DNA of 64,000 bases from positions 27,561 through 91,560 of IMG/VR virus record IMGVR_UViG_3300023174_000110. One strand, written 5' to 3'. Shown one piece after another: positions 1-9,966 of this stretch (its first letter is position 1; every line of letters begins with the position of its first letter). The DNA comes from a virus. The notes below the pieces were generated by a model, which was not told where the DNA came from, did no database searches, and saw nothing but the letters and a program-made list of their open reading frames with translations. Both the position numbers and the translations under genes were made by a program.

Positions 1-890
1 TTGTCATGTTCGGCAATTGGATTGATATATCTTAATTGCTGTAGTTTGTAACCAGAAATGAGAGTGTTTGATGATCCTAAAAACTCTGTTTCAAACTCTT
101 GAGCAAACTGCCGTTCTGATGTGTTACGAATTGTTTCTTCTTTCCAAGCATCATCTCGACCTGGCACCATTGACCAATGAATCTGAAAGTTCTTGTAGTT
201 ATTTCGACCTTCTAGTGAATCCATCCACAACTTATAGAATAGATTCATACCATTTGGTGTGGAAACAATGATAATCTTTGATGACTTACCAGATGAGATT
301 ACAGGATAGACTGAGTTAAAGAACTCGTTGGCAATATTGTTTGGTACGAAAGCAAATTCGTCCAAGAATACAATGTTAAAAGAACCACCTCGGATTGCTG
401 AAGATGATGTACTGGCCGCAATAACCTTAGACCCGTTCTCTAGTTCTACATTACCCTTGTTCCATGTCACCACACCTTGTTGGAGCCATTGTGGTAAGTT
501 TTCATATGCCAGTTGATACTTGGCTAGAATATCTCTTGCCAAAGAACCTTTGTTGGCCAATACCGCCACATTTTGAGAATCGGTAAAAATGGTTGCCCAA
601 AGAAGATAACCAACGGTAGTGGTTGTTTTACCAACTTGACGAGGACATTTGGTAATAACAAAACGATTATCTTTAAACAGATTAATCATTTCTTTTTGAA
701 AGTCCCACATATTAAAATTAATAAGACCTTCATCTACGTTAACAATTTTAATATAATTCATACAGAAATATACAGGATCTTTAGAACATTTTATATATTC
801 TTGTACCTGTTCTTCTGTATATTTGTGTTCAACGCCTACCTTTTTTAATAACGGATTATCACGGTAAGAATCTTTATTTTGGGTGGCCAT
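1..890 (-). CDS. gp17: Terminase large subunit (5' part; runs off left edge)
   Basis: Not in ORF track. Hand translation from ATG at 890: MATQNKDSYRDNPLLKK...KCPRQVGKTT (Walker A)...IVFLDEFAFVP (Walker B)...STPNGMN. Overlaps the gp16 stop as TAATG. Confidence 0.97.
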   Translation of the reverse strand, partial: MATQNKDSYRDNPLLKKVGVEHKYTEEQVQEYIKCSKDPVYFCMNYIKIVNVDEGLINFNMWDFQKEMINLFKDNRFVITKCPRQVGKTTTTVGYLLWATIFTDSQNVAVLANKGSLARDILAKYQLAYENLPQWLQQGVVTWNKGNVELENGSKVIAASTSSSAIRGGSFNIVFLDEFAFVPNNIANEFFNSVYPVISSGKSSKIIIVSTPNGMNLFYKLWMDSLEGRNNYKNFQIHWSMVPGRDDAWKEETIRNTSERQFAQEFETEFLGSSNTLISGYKLQQLRYINPIAEHD

Positions 891-1309
891 TAATCTTTGC
901 CTTTAATGAGTTTATTCAACTCAGCGGTAGAACCAATAAAGATGGCTTTATCAATATTGGTACCGCCTTTATCTTTTTTGGCGTTTTCATCCATGTCACG
1001 CATTTGTTTTTGTATTGCCAGTAACTCTTTATTGGCGTCTACCACATTTTTGAGTAATGTGCCATATACTTCAAAAGCACGGGGATGCTGTCCTGCTTTA
1101 GCAATGTTAAGTATTTCTTGCATTGCTTCTTGGCCTTGATCAATAAGGCCTTGCAGGTTTTCTCTTGATTGTTGGTATGCATCTGTAAGGTCCTGTTTTA
1201 AATCAGGCTCGTTATAGTGTGTTTGAAATACCGGAAGCTTTTCTTTTTTTTCTTCTGGTATAGGAGTCACATCAAAAACATCAGATAAATTTTTATTCAA
1301 ATCATTCAT
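890..1309 (-). CDS. gp16: Terminase small subunit
   Basis: HPRAFEV and FIGSTAEL motifs; lies between gp15 and gp17. Confidence 0.93.
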   Translation of the reverse strand: MNDLNKNLSDVFDVTPIPEEKKEKLPVFQTHYNEPDLKQDLTDAYQQSRENLQGLIDQGQEAMQEILNIAKAGQHPRAFEVYGTLLKNVVDANKELLAIQKQMRDMDENAKKDKGGTNIDKAIFIGSTAELNKLIKGKD

Positions 1310-2294
1310 ATTCAGTTATAATTGTGTTTGCTGTCCATGTGTTAGCCAAGGCTACATTTGCATTGGCTGGGTTAACTAAAGTATCTATTTGCACATATTT
1401 TCTAGATGTTGGACTATAAGAAGCAAATTTATAGTTTGTGCTTGAACTTGTAGATTTTATGGGCACACTAGAAATAAAATTACCATTTATGTTTGTTAAA
1501 TGTAGTTGATTGTTATTCCAAAAAATAACTTTTCCTGTGGCCGTTGCTGTGCCGGCTGAATATCCTTGATATACAATTTCACCTATTTGGTAATTTCCTA
1601 CTCCAGAACTTCCATTCATATTAAAAATAACAACATCTTCTGGACCAATTTTATTTAAAACAGATGTAATTGAATGTGTAATAAGTCCTTTTGAAGAATC
1701 ATTAATTTTACCAAATACAAATCCTTTAACCGTAAAATTTAATGTCCAAATAATATTTCTTGTTTCTCTGGAGTGTACACCCTCATAATCAATATCTTGT
1801 GATGTTGAATTTAAAATAATTGGAACCTCTTTAATAATACCCATCTCTGGAATCAAATTTAATTTGATTGTATAATCAGGTGTAAAATAAGGAAGAATAT
1901 GTTCAATAATTTGTGTACCATCTTCTATGTTACGGACATAGATATACAAATTAAAATCAAAATTATACGGCACTGGATTGTATTGAGAAATTAAACCAGC
2001 ATTTGTTTTAGCAAAATTTTTAACGTTTGTATTTAATTTTCTAGAAGAATCGTAAGTAAACCCTGTCATTTCAAATGACATTCTTGGTAATGTTACTTGA
2101 ACTTTTTTGTTTAATAACGGATCTTCTTCATTACGAAAAACATATAATTCTTTTGGACCATAGATAATAGGTACAATTAATCTTTCTGCTTCGGTAAAAT
2201 CAGGATTGTATCGAACCAAAGTAATATCATTAAACATATTACCAAAACCAATAACAAGTTTTCGTATGATTCGATTATAAAAAATATTGGCCAT
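1302..2294 (-). CDS. gp15: Tail sheath stabiliser / tail completion protein with C-terminal extension
   Basis: FGNMFNDI, LPRMSFE, PVPYNFDFNL, QIIEHILPYFTP motifs; synteny. Confidence 0.93.
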   Translation of the reverse strand: MANIFYNRIIRKLVIGFGNMFNDITLVRYNPDFTEAERLIVPIIYGPKELYVFRNEEDPLLNKKVQVTLPRMSFEMTGFTYDSSRKLNTNVKNFAKTNAGLISQYNPVPYNFDFNLYIYVRNIEDGTQIIEHILPYFTPDYTIKLNLIPEMGIIKEVPIILNSTSQDIDYEGVHSRETRNIIWTLNFTVKGFVFGKINDSSKGLITHSITSVLNKIGPEDVVIFNMNGSSGVGNYQIGEIVYQGYSAGTATATGKVIFWNNNQLHLTNINGNFISSVPIKSTSSSTNYKFASYSPTSRKYVQIDTLVNPANANVALANTWTANTIITEYE

Positions 2295-3175
2295 TATATA
2301 CTTCCAAATGGATTGGTTTCAGAAAAATCAATAATTGAATTGGCTTGATTTTCAATAATGTAGTTATCACTTGATTCATCTCTAACATTATCTTTTAGGG
2401 GATCAAAATTGGCCAAAAGATATTTAGCATTACTGGAAGCACCAATAATATTGGCTGATGGCCTAAACTCTCCTGCAATATTGGTCACGTTTAATGTATT
2501 GGCTTTTTTATTCCATTCTTGTACAATGGCAACCACAGTTGCATTGGATTGAGTGTTGTCATGAGCTTGATAAACAATTTCTTTATTTTGATATGTGCCT
2601 GTACCAGCCCCAACATTAAGTTGAATGGTGTAAGAAGAAAAGGTTGCGGAGTCATCAATCTCTTGAACACCCGTGTTAATAAGTTCATGTGAGAATTTGA
2701 ATTTCTCTAATTGTAATTCATAAAAATAAGGTACTCGTCTACCCAATGTATGAAAATCTTTATCTTGGTCTGCAAATTTGATTTCATATAATTCACCAGT
2801 ACCATTTAAGTAAGGTACGTAAATCAAATCACCTTCACGAGGCCTTTGAAATACATTTTGTGGAACTCGTTGAGCAAAGGATCTTTTGGAAACAATAACA
2901 TTGATATTGTTTTTAATTTCAAGACCAAATTTAGAAAAGAATTCTTTTTCACCATCATAATCTAATGTATTAGAAAGATACAATTCTACAGGAAAAGCAG
3001 ATTGAAATTTTTTAACTGGATCTTCACCAAATAATAAATCCCGAGCAATGTCATTATCGTTAGGCAAATAGTAACCATCAAAGCCCATTATTTTAATGGA
3101 CTCAACAATTAAATCTTCTAAAACTCTTTGTTCGGCTATTGAGTTATAGTTGTTAAAGTAAACTGAAGTTGGCAT
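2294..3175 (-). CDS. gp14: Neck protein
   Basis: ESIKIMG, FSKFGLEI, RPREGDLIY, C-terminal DFSETNPFG. Confidence 0.95.
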   Translation of the reverse strand: MPTSVYFNNYNSIAEQRVLEDLIVESIKIMGFDGYYLPNDNDIARDLLFGEDPVKKFQSAFPVELYLSNTLDYDGEKEFFSKFGLEIKNNINVIVSKRSFAQRVPQNVFQRPREGDLIYVPYLNGTGELYEIKFADQDKDFHTLGRRVPYFYELQLEKFKFSHELINTGVQEIDDSATFSSYTIQLNVGAGTGTYQNKEIVYQAHDNTQSNATVVAIVQEWNKKANTLNVTNIAGEFRPSANIIGASSNAKYLLANFDPLKDNVRDESSDNYIIENQANSIIDFSETNPFGSI

Positions 3176-3176
3176 T

Positions 3177-3944
3177 TTAGTTCAAGAAAAACTCCAATGG
3201 AGCTCCATATTCATTTTGCATTTCTGTTTCTAATTTTTCAATTTCACCAACGGCTTCTTCATAAATTTTGTCGCCATTTAATGTAACACCACCAGGTAAT
3301 TGTAGGCCATTGAATTTCTTTAAATTGTTACCCCATGTTCTTTTTATTAATGCGGTTGCATATTCTTTCATCCAACGATCATTCCAAACTCTATTATAAA
3401 CTGCAGGATCAATATTGGCATAACATTCAGCCACAACAATTTTAGGTGATTGTGATGCTCCCCACGCCCAATCAATATATAATTTTTGCATATGGCGTTG
3501 AAAACGAATTGGCACTTCACCAGAAAATAATAATTCCAATGAACGTAAATGTTGTAATGTTAATGTATAGTTAACATAAGAAGCTGAAGTAAAATCATAT
3601 AATTCATTTAAACGAAGTTGATATCTTAAATCAAACATACTGACTGAAGCCATAGAATCTTGAATTGGAAATATACGAGTAATACCAACAACTTCTAAAT
3701 GGTTATTAGAACTATCTCTGACATTACTTAAATCAATATATTTTTGATTAATATCGGTTTGATCAATTCTTTTTACATAATAAAATTTTTGAAGTCCATC
3801 AAAATGATAGTCTTGCCAATATTGCAGCGCATCGTCAATGCGATCTTCTATTTGGTCCTCATCCACATTAATGTCGATTACAGGAAAGCCCAATCTACGT
3901 AAACAGTAGTCTTTAAAATCTTGTCTGGATGTGATTATTGCCAT
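3177..3944 (-). CDS. gp13: Neck protein
   Basis: YCLRRLGFPVIDINVD, YHFDG, WGNNLKKFNGLQLPGGVTLNG. Confidence 0.95.
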   Translation of the reverse strand: MAIITSRQDFKDYCLRRLGFPVIDINVDEDQIEDRIDDALQYWQDYHFDGLQKFYYVKRIDQTDINQKYIDLSNVRDSSNNHLEVVGITRIFPIQDSMASVSMFDLRYQLRLNELYDFTSASYVNYTLTLQHLRSLELLFSGEVPIRFQRHMQKLYIDWAWGASQSPKIVVAECYANIDPAVYNRVWNDRWMKEYATALIKRTWGNNLKKFNGLQLPGGVTLNGDKIYEEAVGEIEKLETEMQNEYGAPLEFFLN

Positions 3945-3966
3945 GGTATATTCCTATTTTATAGGC

Positions 3967-3973
3967 TATTTAG
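3967..3973 (-). promoter_or_regulatory. Late promoter variant CTAAATA upstream of gp13
   Basis: Intergenic TAAATA core. Confidence 0.65.
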
Positions 3974-3986
3974 TTCACGAGCGGTA

Positions 3987-5453
3987 TTAACTCCAATACG
4001 CTGTAGCCCCAGAAACACCACCTTCTCCGCCTGTACCGCCAACACTATACAAATTAGTAACAACTTGAGCAAAACCTGAATTAAATCTAAAGGTTATTGG
4101 ACTATAAGCTGTGGTGTCTACCCGCACTGGCCACAATGGCATGCCTGTAGTATATAACGGCCTTATTTGACCACCAATTAAATAATTTTCAAATGGTAAA
4201 GAAATTGGATTAACACTTGTAATTCTTTGCAGTAATCCGGCTTGTAAACTTGCATTTGTGTTTGCAGTTATAACCTGCGTTGAATTTTGAATATTAAATG
4301 GTTTTGCTGTTCCTCCTGCTACCATATCATTGATAGTAACAGACGCAATAGGAAGAATAGAAGCAGCAATATTTGGTATTAAATTGCCAGCTGGAATACG
4401 GCTATCTACAAAAACAGGTGATGGAAGTTGATTTCTAATATTATAAGGCCGATAAGGGTAATTGTTTGGTCCTAAATTGTTTGGCATATCAACTGCAGTT
4501 GTGGTTGCCGCTACAGCATTTAACGTTGATGGCGTAATACTTGGAATTAAACTATTTGGTCCACCATAATAATTTGTTACAACAGTTGCACGATTCAACT
4601 CTGCATAAGCATTAAAAGGATTAAAACTTTCTGATTGAGTGATTGTACTTACAGTAACAGGTCTTGGGTCTGTAATATATCTATTAATAAACAAATTAAT
4701 ATCATTATTTGATTTAATAGCCACAACACAAGGACTCATTATTTGCTTGTGTTCTGTATTTCCTGTACTAGTAAATGTGTTTGCAAAACTTCTGGATTGA
4801 ACATCAATTAAATTTATTACGGTATTAGTTCCTGTGTAATAATCTGTTAAAACTTGAACCATAGGATAGTTAAAACCAACATTTGAAGTAAATGTGTAAT
4901 TTGGTCCAAAACCTACAACGGGATTTGGTGAACCTATGGATACAGTTGTGGTAAAAGGTAATACAGCCAATTGAGAACCAACGGCTGTTGTGGATAAATT
5001 TGATCCAAATGTTTGAGGTCTACCAACATTTGTTATTACAGTTGTTGCTTGTTGGTTGCTATCATCCCTAGAACCGTATGTGTATACAGGATTTGAAGCA
5101 ATTTGAGTTAAGGAGGATAAAGAAGCCCAATTATTTGCCTGAACTACAACAGGTGTACGAAAATCAGTAACTACAGCAGCAGAAACATAACTTAAACCAT
5201 TTGTTAATCCGCCGTTTAATAGACCATAATTAACATTGGTTATTACTGGTACTGTTGCATTTTGTATTGAAACTATCGTATTGGAAATGTAATTACCTTG
5301 ATTCCCAATACGATATTGTATCAATATTTCAATAGTATTTAATCCCAAAAAATCTGCTTGGTTACCCTTAGATGTATTGGGTACTACTGTTGCAACAGAT
5401 GCTGATACTACTGCTGAGGCGGTAGAAACCGGTAACCCGGTAGCGAGTGGCAT
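3987..5453 (-). CDS. Hypothetical virion protein (488 aa, T/N/V/P-rich, almost uncharged)
   Basis: Long ORF in the late operon; beta-rich composition; no recognised family. Confidence 0.6.
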   Translation of the reverse strand: MPLATGLPVSTASAVVSASVATVVPNTSKGNQADFLGLNTIEILIQYRIGNQGNYISNTIVSIQNATVPVITNVNYGLLNGGLTNGLSYVSAAVVTDFRTPVVVQANNWASLSSLTQIASNPVYTYGSRDDSNQQATTVITNVGRPQTFGSNLSTTAVGSQLAVLPFTTTVSIGSPNPVVGFGPNYTFTSNVGFNYPMVQVLTDYYTGTNTVINLIDVQSRSFANTFTSTGNTEHKQIMSPCVVAIKSNNDINLFINRYITDPRPVTVSTITQSESFNPFNAYAELNRATVVTNYYGGPNSLIPSITPSTLNAVAATTTAVDMPNNLGPNNYPYRPYNIRNQLPSPVFVDSRIPAGNLIPNIAASILPIASVTINDMVAGGTAKPFNIQNSTQVITANTNASLQAGLLQRITSVNPISLPFENYLIGGQIRPLYTTGMPLWPVRVDTTAYSPITFRFNSGFAQVVTNLYSVGGTGGEGGVSGATAYWS

Positions 5454-5466
5454 CGGCTTACCTGCT

Positions 5467-7731
5467 TTACACGCTTATAGCAGCATAGATGTTATTAATT
5501 CCACCACCAGTAATATTCACGGGAACCACAGTATCAGCTGTATTACTTGTGGCTACTGTTAAGTTTCTAGAACTATTTGTAGCAAACAACATTGTAGAAC
5601 CATCAATTGATAATTGTACGTTGGCGGCTAATCTATTTCCAGTATAATCATAAGCATTTACTGTAGCGGTTGCTGAGATAGTTGTTCCTGTATATGTAAA
5701 GTTTGTACCAGACATAATAACAGCAACGTTCACAGGTAATGTAGGAGTAATAATGTGAATACTACCATTATTTTTATCCATTGCATAACCCCAAATACGA
5801 TTTGTTGCGTCCATACCTAATGTGCGGAATTCAGAATTGTATACTGAACCAACTCTCCAACCAGTAGCATTTTCCCAAACAAAGAATGAAGTCTTGTATG
5901 TTTGTGGAACTATCATTTGAGTTGAATTAGCATTTAAAGGCATAAAATTCTTAGGAATATCTTGCAATGTGAAGAATGTATATGCGCTATGATATGTCAA
6001 TTGGTTGTCATTAGTACCTGTACCTGCCTGATATGTAATCATGGTTCTGGTATTTGGAGTAGGCCAACGCCGAGCACCTTGACCAGTTGAAGATAATGCC
6101 ATCTGGTCTGTAATCCAGAAAGTAATATATGTGTTACCATTTGACACAAACTGATGAGGCTTCATTCCCCATGGGCAAGTATTGTTTGCTGTATCTGGAG
6201 TCCATTGGTTCATATTCATTACCATTGGAGCAGCAATGTTCCAATGAGTATTTGATCCAAGATAAGCAATGTTACAATATGAAGCTGATACGTTACCTGT
6301 ATTGATATTAATTGTCCATCTTAAAGGAACTAAGTTTGCATTACCAAAAGCGGAACCTCCAGGGAAATTACCAGGATTGGTTGCAGTACCTGCATCATAA
6401 TGAGGAGTATAGAATACCCAACGAGTGGCGTCAGCCGCATCTCTGCGCATGTTACTTGGAGATAGTCTACGTAATCTTTCGCCAGTATAAGAACTGAAAT
6501 GTGTATTTTGGTTTGCTGCTGTGTGAACAAATGATACGTTTGAGAAGAAATTGTTTTGTGAGCTTAAACGATTAACTGTAATACCGCAATCTACAGCATG
6601 AGCTCTTGTTGGATGGTCATTGGCTACTACCCACAAAGTATTACCTGTATTATCTACACCAGCAAAGAAAATACGTTGAGAATTGTTTGCTATTCCATTA
6701 GGTTCTATAAGAGATGAATTTGTACCACCAGCGCCACCTGCACCAATTACTGGAATGATCACAGGATTTAATGTTGTATAACCAGTAATTTTATTAACAT
6801 AAGGTTTAGATGGATTTGCATTGTTCATTAGATATATTGCACCGTTACCAGCATCTTCGTATGCAATAGAACTTCCCATTTTACCAAATCCCCAAGTACC
6901 ACCAATATTGTTACGGGATGATATGCCACCGGCCGCCGTAGCCGCCTCGGCTTCGGTTAAAGGAAGTGTTACTTGCGGAGGGTTGTTGCTACCACCAGTT
7001 AAAAATGCTGTTAATCCCGGTATACCAAATGTGGCACCAATACCAGCAGTTATATCAGTACCATAAAGGAACCAACCATCGTTTGCATTTCCATTATATC
7101 CGCTGCTATTTGCAAAAGGATTGTATTGTTGTGGAGAGCTACCAGCTCCTGTAGCAGCCATACCACCGAGGCCTCGATCACCAGGTAAAATTGCAACAAT
7201 TTGAGTATTATTAGCAACTCTTGCTAATTTTAACATAGGATAATTTGCAAAATCCATTGTCTGATGATAAGTGTCATGTTGGAAATTATTAAAAGCTCTT
7301 GAACCACCTATCATTGCATTAGCAGCAATATTGGTGTTTGCAGCATAGTTGCTTGACTGATCACCTACTGCATAAGTTGAAATTGTTCCTCTGGACAAAC
7401 ACATAATTCCTGCTCTAAAAAATCCATCATCAGTTACAGGAAAATAAATGTTTGTTTCCATGGATGCCATTTGGTTTCCTAAGGAATTAGTTATATTCCT
7501 TTGTATTCCTTGTCCTGGGCCAAATGATCCAACAAATACATAAGATGAATTACCTGTGGCATGCCATTGAATACCTTGATAATTATAATGCCAGCTTTTG
7601 GTCCAAGATGGAGTTAAAGTTACTAAATCGTGTTGAACCGTATCAAGAAAAATACGGCTAAATGTTGGATTTGGATCCTCAATAACTGCAATTTTTCTAT
7701 CTGTATATTGAACTGTTCTGATTTCTGGCAT
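5467..7731 (-). CDS. Putative receptor-binding/structural protein, paralogue A
   Basis: Shares IEDPNP N-terminus and a C-terminal block (EFRxLGMDxTNRIWGYAMD, YTGTTIS) with 7771..9732. Confidence 0.6.
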   Translation of the reverse strand: MPEIRTVQYTDRKIAVIEDPNPTFSRIFLDTVQHDLVTLTPSWTKSWHYNYQGIQWHATGNSSYVFVGSFGPGQGIQRNITNSLGNQMASMETNIYFPVTDDGFFRAGIMCLSRGTISTYAVGDQSSNYAANTNIAANAMIGGSRAFNNFQHDTYHQTMDFANYPMLKLARVANNTQIVAILPGDRGLGGMAATGAGSSPQQYNPFANSSGYNGNANDGWFLYGTDITAGIGATFGIPGLTAFLTGGSNNPPQVTLPLTEAEAATAAGGISSRNNIGGTWGFGKMGSSIAYEDAGNGAIYLMNNANPSKPYVNKITGYTTLNPVIIPVIGAGGAGGTNSSLIEPNGIANNSQRIFFAGVDNTGNTLWVVANDHPTRAHAVDCGITVNRLSSQNNFFSNVSFVHTAANQNTHFSSYTGERLRRLSPSNMRRDAADATRWVFYTPHYDAGTATNPGNFPGGSAFGNANLVPLRWTININTGNVSASYCNIAYLGSNTHWNIAAPMVMNMNQWTPDTANNTCPWGMKPHQFVSNGNTYITFWITDQMALSSTGQGARRWPTPNTRTMITYQAGTGTNDNQLTYHSAYTFFTLQDIPKNFMPLNANSTQMIVPQTYKTSFFVWENATGWRVGSVYNSEFRTLGMDATNRIWGYAMDKNNGSIHIITPTLPVNVAVIMSGTNFTYTGTTISATATVNAYDYTGNRLAANVQLSIDGSTMLFATNSSRNLTVATSNTADTVVPVNITGGGINNIYAAISV

Positions 7732-7762
7732 TTTTAACTTCCCTAAAATTAAATTATGATGT

Positions 7763-7769
7763 TATTTAG
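7763..7769 (-). promoter_or_regulatory. Late promoter variant CTAAATA
   Basis: Intergenic, upstream of the start at 7731. Confidence 0.6.
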
Positions 7770-7770
7770 A

Positions 7771-9732
7771 TTAAGCGTAGGCGTAGATATTGTTAACACC
7801 ACCACCAAAGATGCTTAAATTAACTGTAGTATCAATGGTAGAACTTGTTTGAATATTTAATGTTCTCAATCCATTTTGTGCAAATGTCATTGTTGTGCCA
7901 TCAATAGTTAGTGTAACGTTAGCTGCTACTCTAGCACCTGTGAAGTCATAAGCATTAATTGTTGCTGATGTACTAATCGTTGTTCCTGTATATGTATAAC
8001 TTACAGAAGCCATTTGAATTACTACGTTTACTGATAAACTTGGTGTAAGAACATGGATGCTACCATTGTTTTCATCCATTGCATAACCCCAAATACGATT
8101 TGTTGTGTCCATACCAAGCATACGGAATTCAGTATTGTACACACCACCTGATGCCCAACCAGTTTGATTGTTCCAAGCAAAGAAGTTTGTTTTACTTCCA
8201 GAAACAACAGCCATTAATGTGTTGTTGGCATTGATTGGCATAAAGTTTTTAGGAATATCAAGAATTGTATTGAATGTGTAAGCACTATGATAAGTTAAAT
8301 TAACATCAGTATTTGCATTTAAATTTCCAAAACCTGAATTAGCAGCAATTTGATAAGTTACCATTGTTCGTTGTGCTGTATTTGCCCAACGAATATTTCC
8401 GTTACTGGAATACCATGTTTGAAAAGTACTGGATAAAGAAGCCGATGGCCAAGCAAATTGATCAACTAACCAGAATGTAATATACGTATTACCATTTGAA
8501 GTAAACTGGTGTGGCTTCATCATCCATGTATGATTGTTGTTGTTGCTTGGGTCGGTCCAAGGAATTGACATGGGTGATGCATAAGTACGGTAGTTTGTGC
8601 CTACCGGGAAAATCATATTACAGTTGGCGGTATTAACCGTTCCGTTTGCTGCATCATATACAATTCGCATTGGTTGTAACATTGCATCATTATTATCATA
8701 ATGTGAAGTATAAAATACATAACGATTGTTGGCGTCACGGCGAATATTACTTGGATAATTTCTCTTATATGATCCGCTAGTTCTAGTAACTTGTCCAGCC
8801 TGAGATGTTAAATTGGAAATCATTGTTGTTGATGCTAAATTTCTAGGATCAATTTTGTAAATAAATCCACGACTATCAGTTGTTTGATCTTGATGTTGGT
8901 ACCACCAAGTAAATCCATTATTATCAACACCTATAAAAAATATTGTTGATTGATCACCTGGAGCTACAATATTGGTTGTATAATTGTAAGTATTTCCAAA
9001 ATTAAATCCTTGAACAGCTACAGCTCGTTGGTTTATGCCAGCAAGTTTTCTCATACCATACATAACACCAAAATTGGTATCTTCCCAACAAAACATATTC
9101 ATTGTGCGGAGTGATGTATTAACGAATAATGCTGAATTATTTGATGTATTGTTTATACCCTGTGTTAAATCGGATAACCAAGTTCCCCAACCTATGGTAG
9201 TTGTGTCATCATTTCTTATTTCTTTTGGATAATAAAGCATATGACAATAACCTGTCACAGGACTTTTCCAACTTTTCACCGTAGGAAAATTATTAAAATC
9301 TAAAGACCACCAATAAGTATCATATTGACCTTGTGCAGTTGATCTTGAATAATCTGCTCCGGTGAGTTGACTTGTACCGGATCCATCACCAACAGCGTAA
9401 GTTGAAATGGTACCTTTTTGTAGTGCTATATAACCAACTCTAAACCATCCATAGTCCAAAATAGGAAAATTATCTGTAAAACCGTTACTCGGTTGCAATG
9501 CAGTTCTAGTTAAAACAGGTTGAATATCTTGGAACCTTGCAGTATTAACATCTTGCCCGGCATATTGTACGGTACCGTTGATATTGTACATAAATTGTTT
9601 TTGCCATGCAGGAACCAATGTGTTTAAATCGAGAGCTTGTCCATCTTGAAATAATCTATTGAAGCTAGGATTTGGATCTTCAATTAATTGGTATCTTGTA
9701 TTTGATACTTGAACTGATTTAATTTTTGGCAT
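7771..9732 (-). CDS. Putative receptor-binding/structural protein, paralogue B
   Basis: Tandem paralogue of 5467..7731. Confidence 0.6.
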   Translation of the reverse strand: MPKIKSVQVSNTRYQLIEDPNPSFNRLFQDGQALDLNTLVPAWQKQFMYNINGTVQYAGQDVNTARFQDIQPVLTRTALQPSNGFTDNFPILDYGWFRVGYIALQKGTISTYAVGDGSGTSQLTGADYSRSTAQGQYDTYWWSLDFNNFPTVKSWKSPVTGYCHMLYYPKEIRNDDTTTIGWGTWLSDLTQGINNTSNNSALFVNTSLRTMNMFCWEDTNFGVMYGMRKLAGINQRAVAVQGFNFGNTYNYTTNIVAPGDQSTIFFIGVDNNGFTWWYQHQDQTTDSRGFIYKIDPRNLASTTMISNLTSQAGQVTRTSGSYKRNYPSNIRRDANNRYVFYTSHYDNNDAMLQPMRIVYDAANGTVNTANCNMIFPVGTNYRTYASPMSIPWTDPSNNNNHTWMMKPHQFTSNGNTYITFWLVDQFAWPSASLSSTFQTWYSSNGNIRWANTAQRTMVTYQIAANSGFGNLNANTDVNLTYHSAYTFNTILDIPKNFMPINANNTLMAVVSGSKTNFFAWNNQTGWASGGVYNTEFRMLGMDTTNRIWGYAMDENNGSIHVLTPSLSVNVVIQMASVSYTYTGTTISTSATINAYDFTGARVAANVTLTIDGTTMTFAQNGLRTLNIQTSSTIDTTVNLSIFGGGVNNIYAYA

Positions 9733-9945
9733 TTATTCTGCTCCCAAACTTGTTTGATATTCTGCAATTTCTTCTTTTGTAAATCTATGAGAACCGTTTT
9801 CATAAAACCATTCGAGAGCTTCTTGCTCATCTGCCCATGCAGGTTGGTCGCCTGTTGAAGTTGGTCTAAATGGTTGACTAAGTTGTATTACACCATCTTT
9901 AAACACTTCAAGATTGTTGTTTGTAAAAGTATGAGTTATTGCCAT
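9733..9945 (-). CDS. Small acidic hypothetical protein (possible fibre chaperone)
   Basis: GGAG Shine-Dalgarno; abuts the next gene; W..E.EALEW motif. Confidence 0.6.
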   Translation of the reverse strand: MAITHTFTNNNLEVFKDGVIQLSQPFRPTSTGDQPAWADEQEALEWFYENGSHRFTKEEIAEYQTSLGAE

Positions 9946-9966
9946 CTTATTTCTCCAATTATATTT

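Noticed and set aside
68-1139. Short plus-strand ORFs at the left end
   Set aside because: Antisense shadows of gp17 and gp16.
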